In this document: positions 31,282-39,929 of the stretch, piece after piece
Layout: each line of letters opens with the position of its first letter
Numbering within the stretch: the stretch's first letter is position 1
DNA from: Oscillospiraceae bacterium
GTDB taxonomy: Bacteria > Bacillota > Clostridia > Oscillospirales > Ruminococcaceae
Length of the DNA stretch: 64,000 nt
Direction: 5' to 3'
Assembly (NCBI GenBank): GCA_024404915.1
Contig: JAKSPJ010000006.1
Span: 62,285-126,284 of the forward strand
Notes under the pieces: generated by a model
What the model was told of the DNA's origin: nothing
Seen by the model: the letters and a program-made list of their open reading frames with translations, nothing else
Database searches by the model: none
Program-made: the position numbers and the translations under genes

Positions 31282-31355
31282 TACGCCTGATGCGATTCGA
31301 ACGCACGACCTTCAGAGTCGGAGTCTGACACTCTATCCAGCTGAGCTACAGGCGC
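31282..31355 (-). tRNA. tRNA-Arg (anticodon CCG)
   Basis: The 74-nt cloverleaf folds by hand. Acceptor GCGCCTG/CAGGCGT, anticodon stem TCAGA/TCTGA, loop CTCCGAC, T loop TTCGAAT. CCA is not encoded. Confidence 0.9.
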
Positions 31356-31375
31356 ATATTCAGAATACATTCCCT

Positions 31376-31404
31376 ATTATACCAGATTTTCTCATTTTTT
31401 GCAA
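31376..31404 (-). promoter_or_regulatory. Sigma-A type promoter of tRNA-Arg
   Basis: On the minus strand: TTGCAA, 17 nt spacer, TATAAT, about 20 nt upstream of the tRNA 5' end. Confidence 0.6.
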
Positions 31405-31565
31405 GTCTTTTTTTGATTTTTGTAAAAAGATATCTTTACAATAGGCATTCAGGCAGTCGGCAGAGCTTTGCAGATGCAGAGCTGAGAAAGAGAATTTGCC
31501 GTTTGCTTGGAGTTTTTTGAAAGAAAAGGAACTTCAGACATCTTTGAAAGGATGCATACAATACC

Positions 31566-32162
31566 ATGACAGAGAAAGAAACAAAGAAAAAATCTATTTA
31601 TCTTGTTGTTACATCAACAGGTACAGGTGTAGCACGGGCCATTCGTGTGTTTTCACGAATGCCATATTCTCATGTTTCGCTTTCTAAAGATGCATCTCTG
31701 CATCAATTGTACAGCTTTTGCCGAAATTATACCATAACCCCATTGCCTGCGACTTTCAATACAGAAATGATCGGGGAAGGTACGCTTGGCAAATTTGAGA
31801 ATATCCCGTGTGAAATCTATAAAATTCCTCTGACAGACCGGCAGTATGACCATTTTGAAGCATTGATTGAGCATTTTATTCACTGCAGAAAAAGATACTC
31901 CTACAGTGTCATCGGGCTGCTGATGGTGAAGTTTCAGATTCATTGGAAGCCTGCGAAAAAATTCGTATGTTCGCAGTTTGTGGCATATGTACTGGATGAG
32001 TGCGGTGTGGCGCTGGATAAGCCGGCGTGTCTGTATTCCCCGGAGGATCTGCGGTATCTGCCGGATGCACAGCTGATTTACCGAGGAGAACTGAACCGAT
32101 ATTACCATGATCAGAATGAAACAATGTCATATGTATCGGCGGTATCTCAGCAGTTCAATTGA
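31566..32162 (+). CDS. Hypothetical protein, possibly permuted papain-fold (YiiX/YaeF C92-like) enzyme
   Basis: A His-containing strand PYSHVSLS precedes the Cys motif KKFVCSQFVAYVL, which is the order expected for permuted NlpC/P60-type folds. This is tentative. Confidence 0.55.
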   Translation: MTEKETKKKSIYLVVTSTGTGVARAIRVFSRMPYSHVSLSKDASLHQLYSFCRNYTITPLPATFNTEMIGEGTLGKFENIPCEIYKIPLTDRQYDHFEALIEHFIHCRKRYSYSVIGLLMVKFQIHWKPAKKFVCSQFVAYVLDECGVALDKPACLYSPEDLRYLPDAQLIYRGELNRYYHDQNETMSYVSAVSQQFN

Positions 32163-32183
32163 CCGAAACATATGGAGGGTATT

Positions 32184-32669
32184 ATGAAAACAGCTGTGGT
32201 CTTTTACTCATTAAGCGGAAATACCAGAAAGGCCGCTGTGGAAATCGCAGAGGCTTTGCATGCAGATTTGCTGGAAGTGCAGACAGCTGAGGAAATGCCT
32301 AAAGGCAATTTCATGCGTATGATGCACGGCGGAAGACTTTCCACATTCAAAAAATGTCCGCCGATTCAGCCGCTGCATACGGATTTTTCAGCGTATGACA
32401 GCATTATTCTTGGAACACCGGTCTGGGCGTGGAAATGTGCAGCCCCCATTCGTACATTGCTGACGGAATATGCAGTCAGCGATAAGGTGAAGGCCGTTAT
32501 TACGCTGAGTCTGGGGATGAATGACGAAAAATGCACCGCAGAATTGAAGCAGATGCTTCCAAATCTGCGGTATACTATTACCCTTGCAGACAGCAAGGCA
32601 AAGGAATTTGGAAAGAATGCAGAGGCTGTCAGCCGTTTTCTTTCCGAGTGGAAAGCGGAGAATCAATAA
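32184..32669 (+). CDS. Flavodoxin-family protein
   Basis: MKTAVVFYSLSGNTRKAA FMN-phosphate loop. GGAGGG lies 4 nt upstream of ATG 32184. Confidence 0.8.
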   Translation: MKTAVVFYSLSGNTRKAAVEIAEALHADLLEVQTAEEMPKGNFMRMMHGGRLSTFKKCPPIQPLHTDFSAYDSIILGTPVWAWKCAAPIRTLLTEYAVSDKVKAVITLSLGMNDEKCTAELKQMLPNLRYTITLADSKAKEFGKNAEAVSRFLSEWKAENQ

Positions 32670-32671
32670 AT

Positions 32672-33394
32672 ATGCAGCGAAGAATACTGATAACAAATGA
32701 TGACGGCATTGACGCTGCGGGCATTGTACGCCTTGCAGAAGCAGCTGCAGCCTTTGGCGAGGTGTGGGTGATTGCCCCCGACCACCAGAGAAGCGCTGCT
32801 TCTCACAGCATTTCCCTTCGTCAGCCGCTTGATGTTTACCCCTATGATTTCCCTGTGAAGGGCGTACACGCCTTTTCCTGCAGCGGTACACCTGCAGACT
32901 GTGTCAGAGTGGGCTGCTGTTCAGTTATGCCGGCACCGCCGCATGTGGTGCTTTCCGGTATAAACTACGGCTACAATACAGCAACAGACATTCAATATTC
33001 TGCGACGGCAGGTGCTGCATTTGAAGCGGCATTTCAGGGCATAACTGCCATTGCACTTTCAGAGGATGCCTCAGAAGATCATCCGGTGACAGACGCATAT
33101 CTCCATGAAATACTGGAGGAGTATATTGATTCTGTTCTGGATTACGGCTGTATCGTGAACGTGAACTTTCCAAGCTGTCCTTTATCGGAATGCAAAGGCA
33201 TACTGCGGGACAGAGCGGTTTCACGCAGTATGTTTTACCGTGACAGCTATCCTGTGCTGGAACGGCTGGAGGGCGGCGGCGTCCGATATATGGTGGAGGG
33301 AAAATATCAGGAAGAAGCGGAAGACGGTTCTGATCTGAAAGCGGTCATTGAGAAATATATTTCCATTAGTACTGTAAAGAATGTTGGTTCATAA
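32672..33394 (+). CDS. surE: 5'/3'-nucleotidase SurE
   Basis: ILITNDDGIDAAGI and VIAPDHQRSAASHSISL. Confidence 0.9.
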   Translation: MQRRILITNDDGIDAAGIVRLAEAAAAFGEVWVIAPDHQRSAASHSISLRQPLDVYPYDFPVKGVHAFSCSGTPADCVRVGCCSVMPAPPHVVLSGINYGYNTATDIQYSATAGAAFEAAFQGITAIALSEDASEDHPVTDAYLHEILEEYIDSVLDYGCIVNVNFPSCPLSECKGILRDRAVSRSMFYRDSYPVLERLEGGGVRYMVEGKYQEEAEDGSDLKAVIEKYISISTVKNVGS

Positions 33395-33473
33395 AATTTC
33401 TTTTTTCTGAAAGCGATATTGCCTAAAATTTGAATGAAATTTTCAGCATATAGCCAATAATTCCACTATATTA

Positions 33474-33502
33474 TTGACAAAAATAGAATTATATGATATG
33501 AT
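33474..33502 (+). promoter_or_regulatory. Sigma-A type promoter of the SH3b lipoprotein gene
   Basis: TTGACA, 17 nt spacer, TATGAT. Confidence 0.55.
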
Positions 33503-33562
33503 ATTACAGATTTAGAATGGATATGCGCTGCAGGCGCAGAAAAAAAGACAGGGGAATTCATT

Positions 33563-34348
33563 ATGAAGCAGATGCGTATCGTGTTCGGCTTGATGATTTC
33601 CATGATTTTGATACTATGTTTCGGGGGATGCGGTGATGATTACAGTTACACCGCTGATACTGATGCCGTAAAATCAGAAGGTTATATTGTTGTACCAAAA
33701 GAATTGGAAAATGTCACATTATACGCCGAGCCGTATTTTCTCAGTGAGCCATTGACAAGAATGAGCAATCAGGATAAGGTGGAGATTTTTGATATCCGTG
33801 GAAAATGGTTTGAGGTTGCCTATGGCGGCTATCGGGGATTTGTTCCTTCGGAGTACATCTCTCTGACAAATCCGGAGGACATGCGGAATCAGGAGACCAC
33901 CGTGGAGACCACTACGGAAACGACCACTACAACAACCACAACAACTGAAACAACGGAAATGACCACAGATGTTTCAGGGGATCCTTCTTCAACAGAAACC
34001 AAGACCACACGGACAACTACTTCTCCAGAGGAACGGCCGGATCCTTCCCTGAACAGAAACAGCTTGTATATTTACAACTCTGCGCTGAATTCGACCGAGA
34101 ATATGCGCTTTACACTGCATGTGGACGGCAACTATGACTATGTGGCTGTAGCATGCCAGATGCATTCTCCGGAACCGGGATATACAGAGAATTTCAATCT
34201 GGAAGTGACAAATACGGAAACCCACCTTGGCGGCGGTTCTGTATTGACTTATGATTATATTTTCTGTACGCTGGTGCCTTATTATGATGACGGCACCCAT
34301 GGTGAGGCTTATCGCCTGACTTACGAAATCACATACTCTGTGGAATAA
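33563..34348 (+). CDS. Lipoprotein with bacterial SH3 domain and Thr-rich linker
   Basis: Lipobox LILCFGGCG, SH3b-like VEIFDIRGKWFEVAYGGYRGFVPSEYISL, and linker TTETTTTTTTTTETTEMTT. Confidence 0.75.
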   Translation: MKQMRIVFGLMISMILILCFGGCGDDYSYTADTDAVKSEGYIVVPKELENVTLYAEPYFLSEPLTRMSNQDKVEIFDIRGKWFEVAYGGYRGFVPSEYISLTNPEDMRNQETTVETTTETTTTTTTTTETTEMTTDVSGDPSSTETKTTRTTTSPEERPDPSLNRNSLYIYNSALNSTENMRFTLHVDGNYDYVAVACQMHSPEPGYTENFNLEVTNTETHLGGGSVLTYDYIFCTLVPYYDDGTHGEAYRLTYEITYSVE

Positions 34349-34350
34349 AA

Positions 34351-34392
34351 AATCGGCTGTATCAATTGCACGGATACAGCCGATTATTTTAT
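34351..34392 (+). terminator. Intrinsic terminator
   Basis: AATCGGCTGTATC-loop-GATACAGCCGATT followed by ATTTTAT. Confidence 0.7.
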
Positions 34393-34575
34393 ATATTCAG
34401 ACGAGAGTGCAGAAAAAGCCACAGAAACTCTGTGACATATGCTGAGGAGAATTTCTTGACAAATTGAACAATATATAGTATAATATATAATATGCATAAA
34501 AAATGAAAGAGCATATTGAATTTTTGGTATCTTTTGAAATAAGCCATTTAAATCTATATTTTGAGACAGGAACAT

Positions 34576-35346
34576 ATGAATGAGAAAACGCAAAAGTATC
34601 TGCTCATTGCGGGCTGCTGTGTGACACTGTTGATTTCTGTATCGGCATTTCTGATGCATCAGCCGAAGGAGCCGCTGCAGATTATTCTGCAGGAGACAGC
34701 TGCCGAAGCAGAATACCATGTCACGGAAGCTGCAAAAACGACTGTGACATCATTGAAAGCAGAAACCCATACAACTACCCGGAAACAAACCAGCACTGCC
34801 CTGGAGACGCAGTCCACGGAATGGGAAAGAAATCTGAATCTGGCCACGGAGGAAGACCTGCAGCATATCAACGGCATCGGCGAAGCGCTTTCTGCTGCCA
34901 TTGTGCAGTACCGCAGTGCCATTGGCGGATTTGTGCGCCGCAGAGAGCTGCTTGCGATTCCGGGGATCGGTGAGCAGCTGATGGGACGGATTATGGCGGA
35001 ATGTTATATTCCCAATGAGGCGGCAGATGAAACAGAAATCGCTGTGCCTGAGGTTCTGCCCCTGCAAACAGAGACGGAACCTGCGGAGACAACAGCGGCT
35101 AATCCGGAAGAAATCCTGCGCTATAATATCAACCTGGTGACAAAAGAAGAACTGCTGACCATTCCCGATATGACGGAAAAGCTGGCAGATGAAATACTGC
35201 AGCTGCGGCAGGTACTGGGTGCATTCCAGAATGTCTATGAGCTTGGACTGCTTGAACACCTGAACGGCAGATATTTTGAAGATGTGCTGAAACAGTATCT
35301 TTATACGGAAGAGGATTACTTCATTCTGGATTCGGCGGCGGGGTAG
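34576..35346 (+). CDS. ComEA-family helix-hairpin-helix DNA-binding protein (two HhH modules, N-terminal TM anchor)
   Basis: TM helix YLLIAGCCVTLLISVSAFL. NLNLATEEDLQHINGIGEALSAAIVQYR...LLAIPGIGEQL, plus a second module NINLVTKEELLTIPDMTEKLADEIL. Confidence 0.75.
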   Translation: MNEKTQKYLLIAGCCVTLLISVSAFLMHQPKEPLQIILQETAAEAEYHVTEAAKTTVTSLKAETHTTTRKQTSTALETQSTEWERNLNLATEEDLQHINGIGEALSAAIVQYRSAIGGFVRRRELLAIPGIGEQLMGRIMAECYIPNEAADETEIAVPEVLPLQTETEPAETTAANPEEILRYNINLVTKEELLTIPDMTEKLADEILQLRQVLGAFQNVYELGLLEHLNGRYFEDVLKQYLYTEEDYFILDSAAG

Positions 35347-35636
35347 AAATCTTCACCCTGAATACGGCCAATCTGCCATGCGTGCTGTTTATCCTCACGG
35401 GAGGCGGCAGCCCCTACAGGCATATCACATAGCAGATTCAGAGAAGGATCCTCCGCACAAAGCTCTCCCACGCTTAACACAATGGCATCTTCTTCGGTGT
35501 GGGAGGCACCGCACATGAATTCCCAGGTGTTATCATCGAAGTGATGACAGACCAGCTTAATATCACTGCCCTCCAGAATATGGGTGCAGGTCAGAACCAG
35601 AAGGTCCGGACGTTCTGAAAATGGAAAATGTGCCAT
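35316..35636 (-). CDS. Small cytoplasmic protein, DUF2185-like (tentative)
   Basis: 106 aa. ...HHFDDNTWEFMCGASHTEEDAIVLSVGELCAEDPSL...MPVG resembles DUF2185. Its 3' end overlaps the convergent ComEA-like gene by 31 nt. Confidence 0.5.
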   Translation of the reverse strand: MAHFPFSERPDLLVLTCTHILEGSDIKLVCHHFDDNTWEFMCGASHTEEDAIVLSVGELCAEDPSLNLLCDMPVGAAASREDKQHAWQIGRIQGEDFYPAAESRMK

Positions 35637-35978
35637 AATTTTTTTCCTCCAATACGTTCAATACCAATATCATACAGGAAAAAGAGAAAAAAAGCAAGGA
35701 AAAATCTATTTTCTTTGTGAAAATTCTGTGAAAAAACCAAAAAATCGGGAAAGAAAGGCAAACAAATTGTTTTGCAAGGTGCTGCAACAAAAACAGTTTG
35801 TAAAAATGCCAATGCCATTTTGTAAGAAATGATAGATTTGCTGTAACTATTTTGTAATAAACGTGAGAAAAAAATGAAAAATCAATATCGAACAATGTGA
35901 AAATATATAGTAATACAATCAAAATGTTTAAAATAATATAAGTATCTTACAAAATGTATGACGAAATGATGATTACCA

Positions 35979-36007
35979 TTGACAATTTGCGAATTTTCGT
36001 GTATATT
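35979..36007 (+). promoter_or_regulatory. Sigma-A type promoter of the ABC importer operon (gives a 5' UTR of about 230 nt)
   Basis: TTGACA, 17 nt spacer, TATATT. Confidence 0.55.
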
Positions 36008-36242
36008 TACATTAGAAAAACACGAGCAAGGCAGGAAAATCATGACGGAATCCTGACACCAGATTGATCGGAACAGCCCGGCGAGTGTTTTGCAGGAAGC
36101 GGACTGCACCAATAAAAGATGCAGAAAGAACTTCCGAGCTGCGCTAAACGCAGCGAAAATCAACGCCCGTGTTTCGGGTACAAATTTTCACAGCTGCGAA
36201 CGCAGCAAAATCTTCGCAGCAAAATTAAGGAGGAAATTTACA

Positions 36243-37670
36243 ATGAACAAGCTTAAGAAAACTCTTGCTCTGATTGCTACTCTGGCAATCGCTTCTACCG
36301 CATTCTATGCTTGCGGTGGTGACACTTCTTCTACAGCTGATTCCAGCTCTGAGGCTGATTCCAGCTCTGAGGCAGAATCCAGCGAAGAGGAATCCACTGA
36401 AGACGAGTCTTCTGAAGAGGAATCTTCTGAGGATGAGGCTCCGGTTGAGATCGCTTACACTGATGACGGTGATGTTCTCTCCGTTCTCTGCTGGACAGGC
36501 GACGACATCGAGAAGATGATCGAGAACTTCGGCAACGACAAGGTTGAGTACGTAAACGTTGGTTCTTCCGGCGGTGAAGCACGTGAGCAGTATGCTAACT
36601 ACTTCGCAGGCGACGAGGACGTTGACCTGTTCGTTCTGGAAGCAGACTGGATCCTGGACTACATCAACAACGATGAGTACACCGCTCCGCTGTCCACACT
36701 GGGCTTCTCTGAGTCTGACTTCGCAGGCTGCTATCCTTACACTGTTTCCGTTGGTACTGACAACAACGGCGTTCTGAAGGCAGCTTCCTGGCAGGCAACT
36801 CCGGGTGGTTACGTTTACAGAACTGACCTGGCTGAGCAGTACCTGGGTGCTACAACTCCTGAGGAGATGCAGGCATTCGTTAAGGACTGGGATACATTCA
36901 CCGAGTCCGCTGCAAAGGTAAAGGAAGCTTCCGGCGGCAAGACTGCTATGGCTGATACCCTGGGCGGTATGTGGCAGGTATGGCAGTACAACCGTTCCAG
37001 CGCATGGGTTGATGCTGATGACAAGCTCGTTATCGATGACTACTGCGAGACATACGCAGAGCTGGCAAAGAAGTACTATGAGGAAGGCTATGTAACCAAG
37101 GAAGATCAGTGGTCTGACGGCTGGTATGCAATCGGCCAGGATGATTCCACAATGGGTTACTTCTTCTGCACATGGTGCCTGGGCGCAGGTTCTATGCTGT
37201 CCAACGCTGAGGGCGGCGAGTCTGGTGCAACATATGGTAAGTACAACATCACAGCTGGTCCTTCCGGCTGGGCATGGGGCGGTTCTTGGCTCGCAGTTTC
37301 TCCGAAGTGCGACAACGGTACACTGGCTCACGACTTCGTTAAGTACTTCACTGTTGACGAGACAACTGAGAAGGACTACGCTCTGTTCAAGTCCGAGTTC
37401 GTTAACAACCCGACAGCTATGAAGGCTATCGTTGATGACAAGTCCAACTCCAACGCTCTCCTGGGCGGTCAGGATCAGTTCTCTGTTCTGTACGAAGCAG
37501 CAGCTACCATCGACATGGATGGCAAGATCACTGCATACGACAGCCAGATCAAGGACGCATTCAACCAGGCTGTTACAAAGTACGCTAAGGGCGAAGTTGC
37601 TTCCTACGATGAGATGATCACAGCATTCAAGAAGGACGCTGCTAAGATCGAGGGCATCACAGTAGAGTAA
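36243..37670 (+). CDS. ABC transporter extracellular solute-binding lipoprotein (family 1, carbohydrate type)
   Basis: ATG 36243 follows AAGGAGG. Lipobox STAFYACGG and a Ser/Glu-rich linker. Its size and position ahead of two MalF/MalG-type permease genes fit this call. Confidence 0.85.
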   Translation: MNKLKKTLALIATLAIASTAFYACGGDTSSTADSSSEADSSSEAESSEEESTEDESSEEESSEDEAPVEIAYTDDGDVLSVLCWTGDDIEKMIENFGNDKVEYVNVGSSGGEAREQYANYFAGDEDVDLFVLEADWILDYINNDEYTAPLSTLGFSESDFAGCYPYTVSVGTDNNGVLKAASWQATPGGYVYRTDLAEQYLGATTPEEMQAFVKDWDTFTESAAKVKEASGGKTAMADTLGGMWQVWQYNRSSAWVDADDKLVIDDYCETYAELAKKYYEEGYVTKEDQWSDGWYAIGQDDSTMGYFFCTWCLGAGSMLSNAEGGESGATYGKYNITAGPSGWAWGGSWLAVSPKCDNGTLAHDFVKYFTVDETTEKDYALFKSEFVNNPTAMKAIVDDKSNSNALLGGQDQFSVLYEAAATIDMDGKITAYDSQIKDAFNQAVTKYAKGEVASYDEMITAFKKDAAKIEGITVE

Positions 37671-37804
37671 TTCTTTCAGAGTTACAGATTCAGCATTACA
37701 ATGGAATATTTGAAGAGGACACAAAGAATTCAGCGATGAATTTTCATTGTGGAATCTGAGTGCCAGTTCTTTGACCAGCTGTAGGCTGAAAAATAGCATA
37801 ATCG

Positions 37805-37852
37805 AATATTTGCCTATTGGGTCTTGTACTCAATAGGCGAATATTTTATCTA
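37805..37852 (+). terminator. Strong intra-operon hairpin between binding-protein and permease genes (partial terminator or RNA stabiliser)
   Basis: AATATTTGCCTATTG-11 nt loop-CAATAGGCGAATATT followed by TTATCTATTT. Confidence 0.5.
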
Positions 37853-37895
37853 TTTCAGTAATTTTCACTAATTTTTTCTTGAAAGGGTGTGCTGA

Positions 37896-38915
37896 ATGGC
37901 TACTGCTGCACAAAGACGGATTAAGTCTGTCAGTTATGCGAAGTACGGCTATATTTTCATTCTGCCGTTCTTCATTGTATACTTTATTTTTAGCCTGACA
38001 CCGTTGCTCCAGACATTTGTCCTGGCTTTCCAGGAGAATGGCGCAAGAACAGATCTGGCTTGGGTTGGTCTGGACAACTTTAAAACAATTCTCGCAAAGC
38101 CTGCAGAGAATGACTTTAAGGCCCTGGGTATCCATGAGTCTTTCTGGCAGGGCGTTATCAATATCATGATTATCTGGTTTGGTAACTTCCTTCCGCAGAT
38201 TGCACTGTCTCTTTTGCTGGCAGTGTGGTTCACTGACCTCCGTGTAAAGATGCCTGGCAAGGGCTTCTTCAAGGTTGTCATGTATATGCCGAACATTATC
38301 ACAGCTGCTTCTGTTGCAGGTCTGTTCCTTTCCCTGTTCGGCGACTCTTCCTATAGTGTTATCAACACTTTGCTGAAGCCGGATGAGCCTTATAAGATTA
38401 TCACAAGTGTCTGGGGTTCCCGTATTCTGGTTATGTTCATCCAGGTCTGGATGTGGTTCGGCAACACCATGATTATGCTGATGTCCGGTATTCAGGGTAT
38501 CAATGAATCCCTGTTCGAGGCAGCAGAAATCGACGGTGCTACTTCCACTCAGACATTCTGGAAGATTACATTCCCGCTGCTGAAAACCATCATGGTTTAC
38601 ACATTGCTGACTTCCATGATTGGTGGTCTCCAGATGTTCGATATTCCTTACATGCTCCATACCGGTAACATTGTAAATGAGAATATCAAGACAGTTGCTG
38701 TTTTCGTATATGAAATGTTCCACGGTAACTTTGCAAAGCCTTCCTTCGGTTATTCCGCAGCTGCTTCCGTTATCCTGTTCGTAATTACATCCATCCTCGG
38801 TGCATTGGTCTTCTATGTACAGCGTGATAAGGATGCAATCGAAAAGAAGAAGAAGCAGAAGCAGGCAATTAAAGAATGGAAGCGTAAGCAGAAAGGAGGC
38901 GGATTCAGCATATGA
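37896..38915 (+). CDS. Sugar ABC transporter permease (MalF/UgpA-like)
   Basis: Six-TM permease with EAA loop ESLFEAAEIDGATSTQTFWKITFPLL. It has an unusual Lys-rich C-terminal tail. Confidence 0.9.
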   Translation: MATAAQRRIKSVSYAKYGYIFILPFFIVYFIFSLTPLLQTFVLAFQENGARTDLAWVGLDNFKTILAKPAENDFKALGIHESFWQGVINIMIIWFGNFLPQIALSLLLAVWFTDLRVKMPGKGFFKVVMYMPNIITAASVAGLFLSLFGDSSYSVINTLLKPDEPYKIITSVWGSRILVMFIQVWMWFGNTMIMLMSGIQGINESLFEAAEIDGATSTQTFWKITFPLLKTIMVYTLLTSMIGGLQMFDIPYMLHTGNIVNENIKTVAVFVYEMFHGNFAKPSFGYSAAASVILFVITSILGALVFYVQRDKDAIEKKKKQKQAIKEWKRKQKGGGFSI

Positions 38916-39805
38916 GCAAGAAGATTACTTACGATTCAGACAAGGGTGGATACCAGAATAAGGTTATCATGAAATCTGCTGCAATTTATGCTGCATTGAT
39001 TCTGCTCACCCTGATCTGTCTTGTTCCGATTTGGATTCTGATTGTTAACGCAACCAGATCCCATAATGAAATTATCAGCGGTATTTCTTTGATTCCGAAG
39101 GGCTATCTCGCCGAGAACATGAAAACTTTGAAGGAGAACTCTCTGTATAACAAGTTCTTCCATCCGCTGATTGGTATGCGTAACTCTTTGATTATTGCAG
39201 GTTTGTGCTGCGGTCTGACTGTTTTCTTCTCCGGCATGACAGCATATGGTCTTGTTGTTTATGACTTCAAGCTCAAGGATCCTGCATTTGTATTCATCCT
39301 GGCAGTTATGATGGTTCCGACACAGGTTACTGCTGTAGGTTTCATGAAGCTCCTCATTAACATGAATCTTCTTGACAGCTACATCCCCCTGATTGTTCCT
39401 GCTATTGCTGCCCCGGCTATCGTATTCTTTATGCGTCAGTACATGCTGTCCTCCTTCCCGCTGGACATCATCGAGGCTGCTCGTATCGATGGCTCTAATG
39501 AGTTCCGTACCTTCCTGACCATTTCCATCCCCATGATGAAGCCGGCATTTGCTGTTCAGGCAATCTTCGCTTTCATCTCCAAGTGGAATGACTACTACAA
39601 CCAGTCTCTGGTGCTTGTATCCGGTAAACCGAACCAGATCACAATGCCTATGATGGTTCAGAAGGTTATCGCAATCGACAGAAATGCAGACTACGGTGCA
39701 AACTACACCGCAATCTTCCTTTCTATCATCCCGGTTGTTGTAATCTACATCATTCTTTCCCGTTTCATTATCGGCGGCGTTGCTGCTGGTGGTGTTAAGG
39801 AATAA
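38912..39805 (+). CDS. Sugar ABC transporter permease (MalG/UgpE-like)
   Basis: EAA loop IIEAARIDGSNEFRTFLTISIPMMKP. ATGA overlap with the upstream gene. Confidence 0.9.
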   Translation: MSKKITYDSDKGGYQNKVIMKSAAIYAALILLTLICLVPIWILIVNATRSHNEIISGISLIPKGYLAENMKTLKENSLYNKFFHPLIGMRNSLIIAGLCCGLTVFFSGMTAYGLVVYDFKLKDPAFVFILAVMMVPTQVTAVGFMKLLINMNLLDSYIPLIVPAIAAPAIVFFMRQYMLSSFPLDIIEAARIDGSNEFRTFLTISIPMMKPAFAVQAIFAFISKWNDYYNQSLVLVSGKPNQITMPMMVQKVIAIDRNADYGANYTAIFLSIIPVVVIYIILSRFIIGGVAAGGVKE

Positions 39806-39823
39806 TACTTACACAATCAACAG

Positions 39824-39856
39824 AAAGCACAGTGTCATATGGCACTGTGCTTTTTT
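39824..39856 (+). terminator. Intrinsic terminator of the ABC importer operon
   Basis: AAAGCACAGTG-loop-CACTGTGCTTTTTT. Confidence 0.75.
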
Positions 39857-39881
39857 GTATCCCATAGAGAATCTGTAAAGC

Positions 39882-39913
39882 ATAAAGAAAGGGACACCCA
39901 ATCGGGTGTCCCC
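39882..39913 (-). terminator. Intrinsic terminator of the carA-carB/dapF-dapL operon
   Basis: On the minus strand, GGGACACCC-gatt-GGGTGTCCC is followed by TTTCTTTAT. Confidence 0.7.
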
Positions 39914-39929
39914 TATTTGCTTGAATGGC

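Noticed and set aside
35316-35346. 31-nt 3'-end overlap of the convergent ComEA-like and DUF2185-like genes as a possible antisense regulatory arrangement.
   Set aside because: This is more likely a trivial consequence of late stop codons in one or both ORFs. There is no supporting structure or motif.
35563-36163. Several 75-119 aa ORFs on both strands in the AT-rich spacer upstream of the ABC importer.
   Set aside because: They overlap one another, consist of low-complexity Phe/Lys/Ile-rich translations and lack SD sequences. The region is better explained as a promoter plus long leader.
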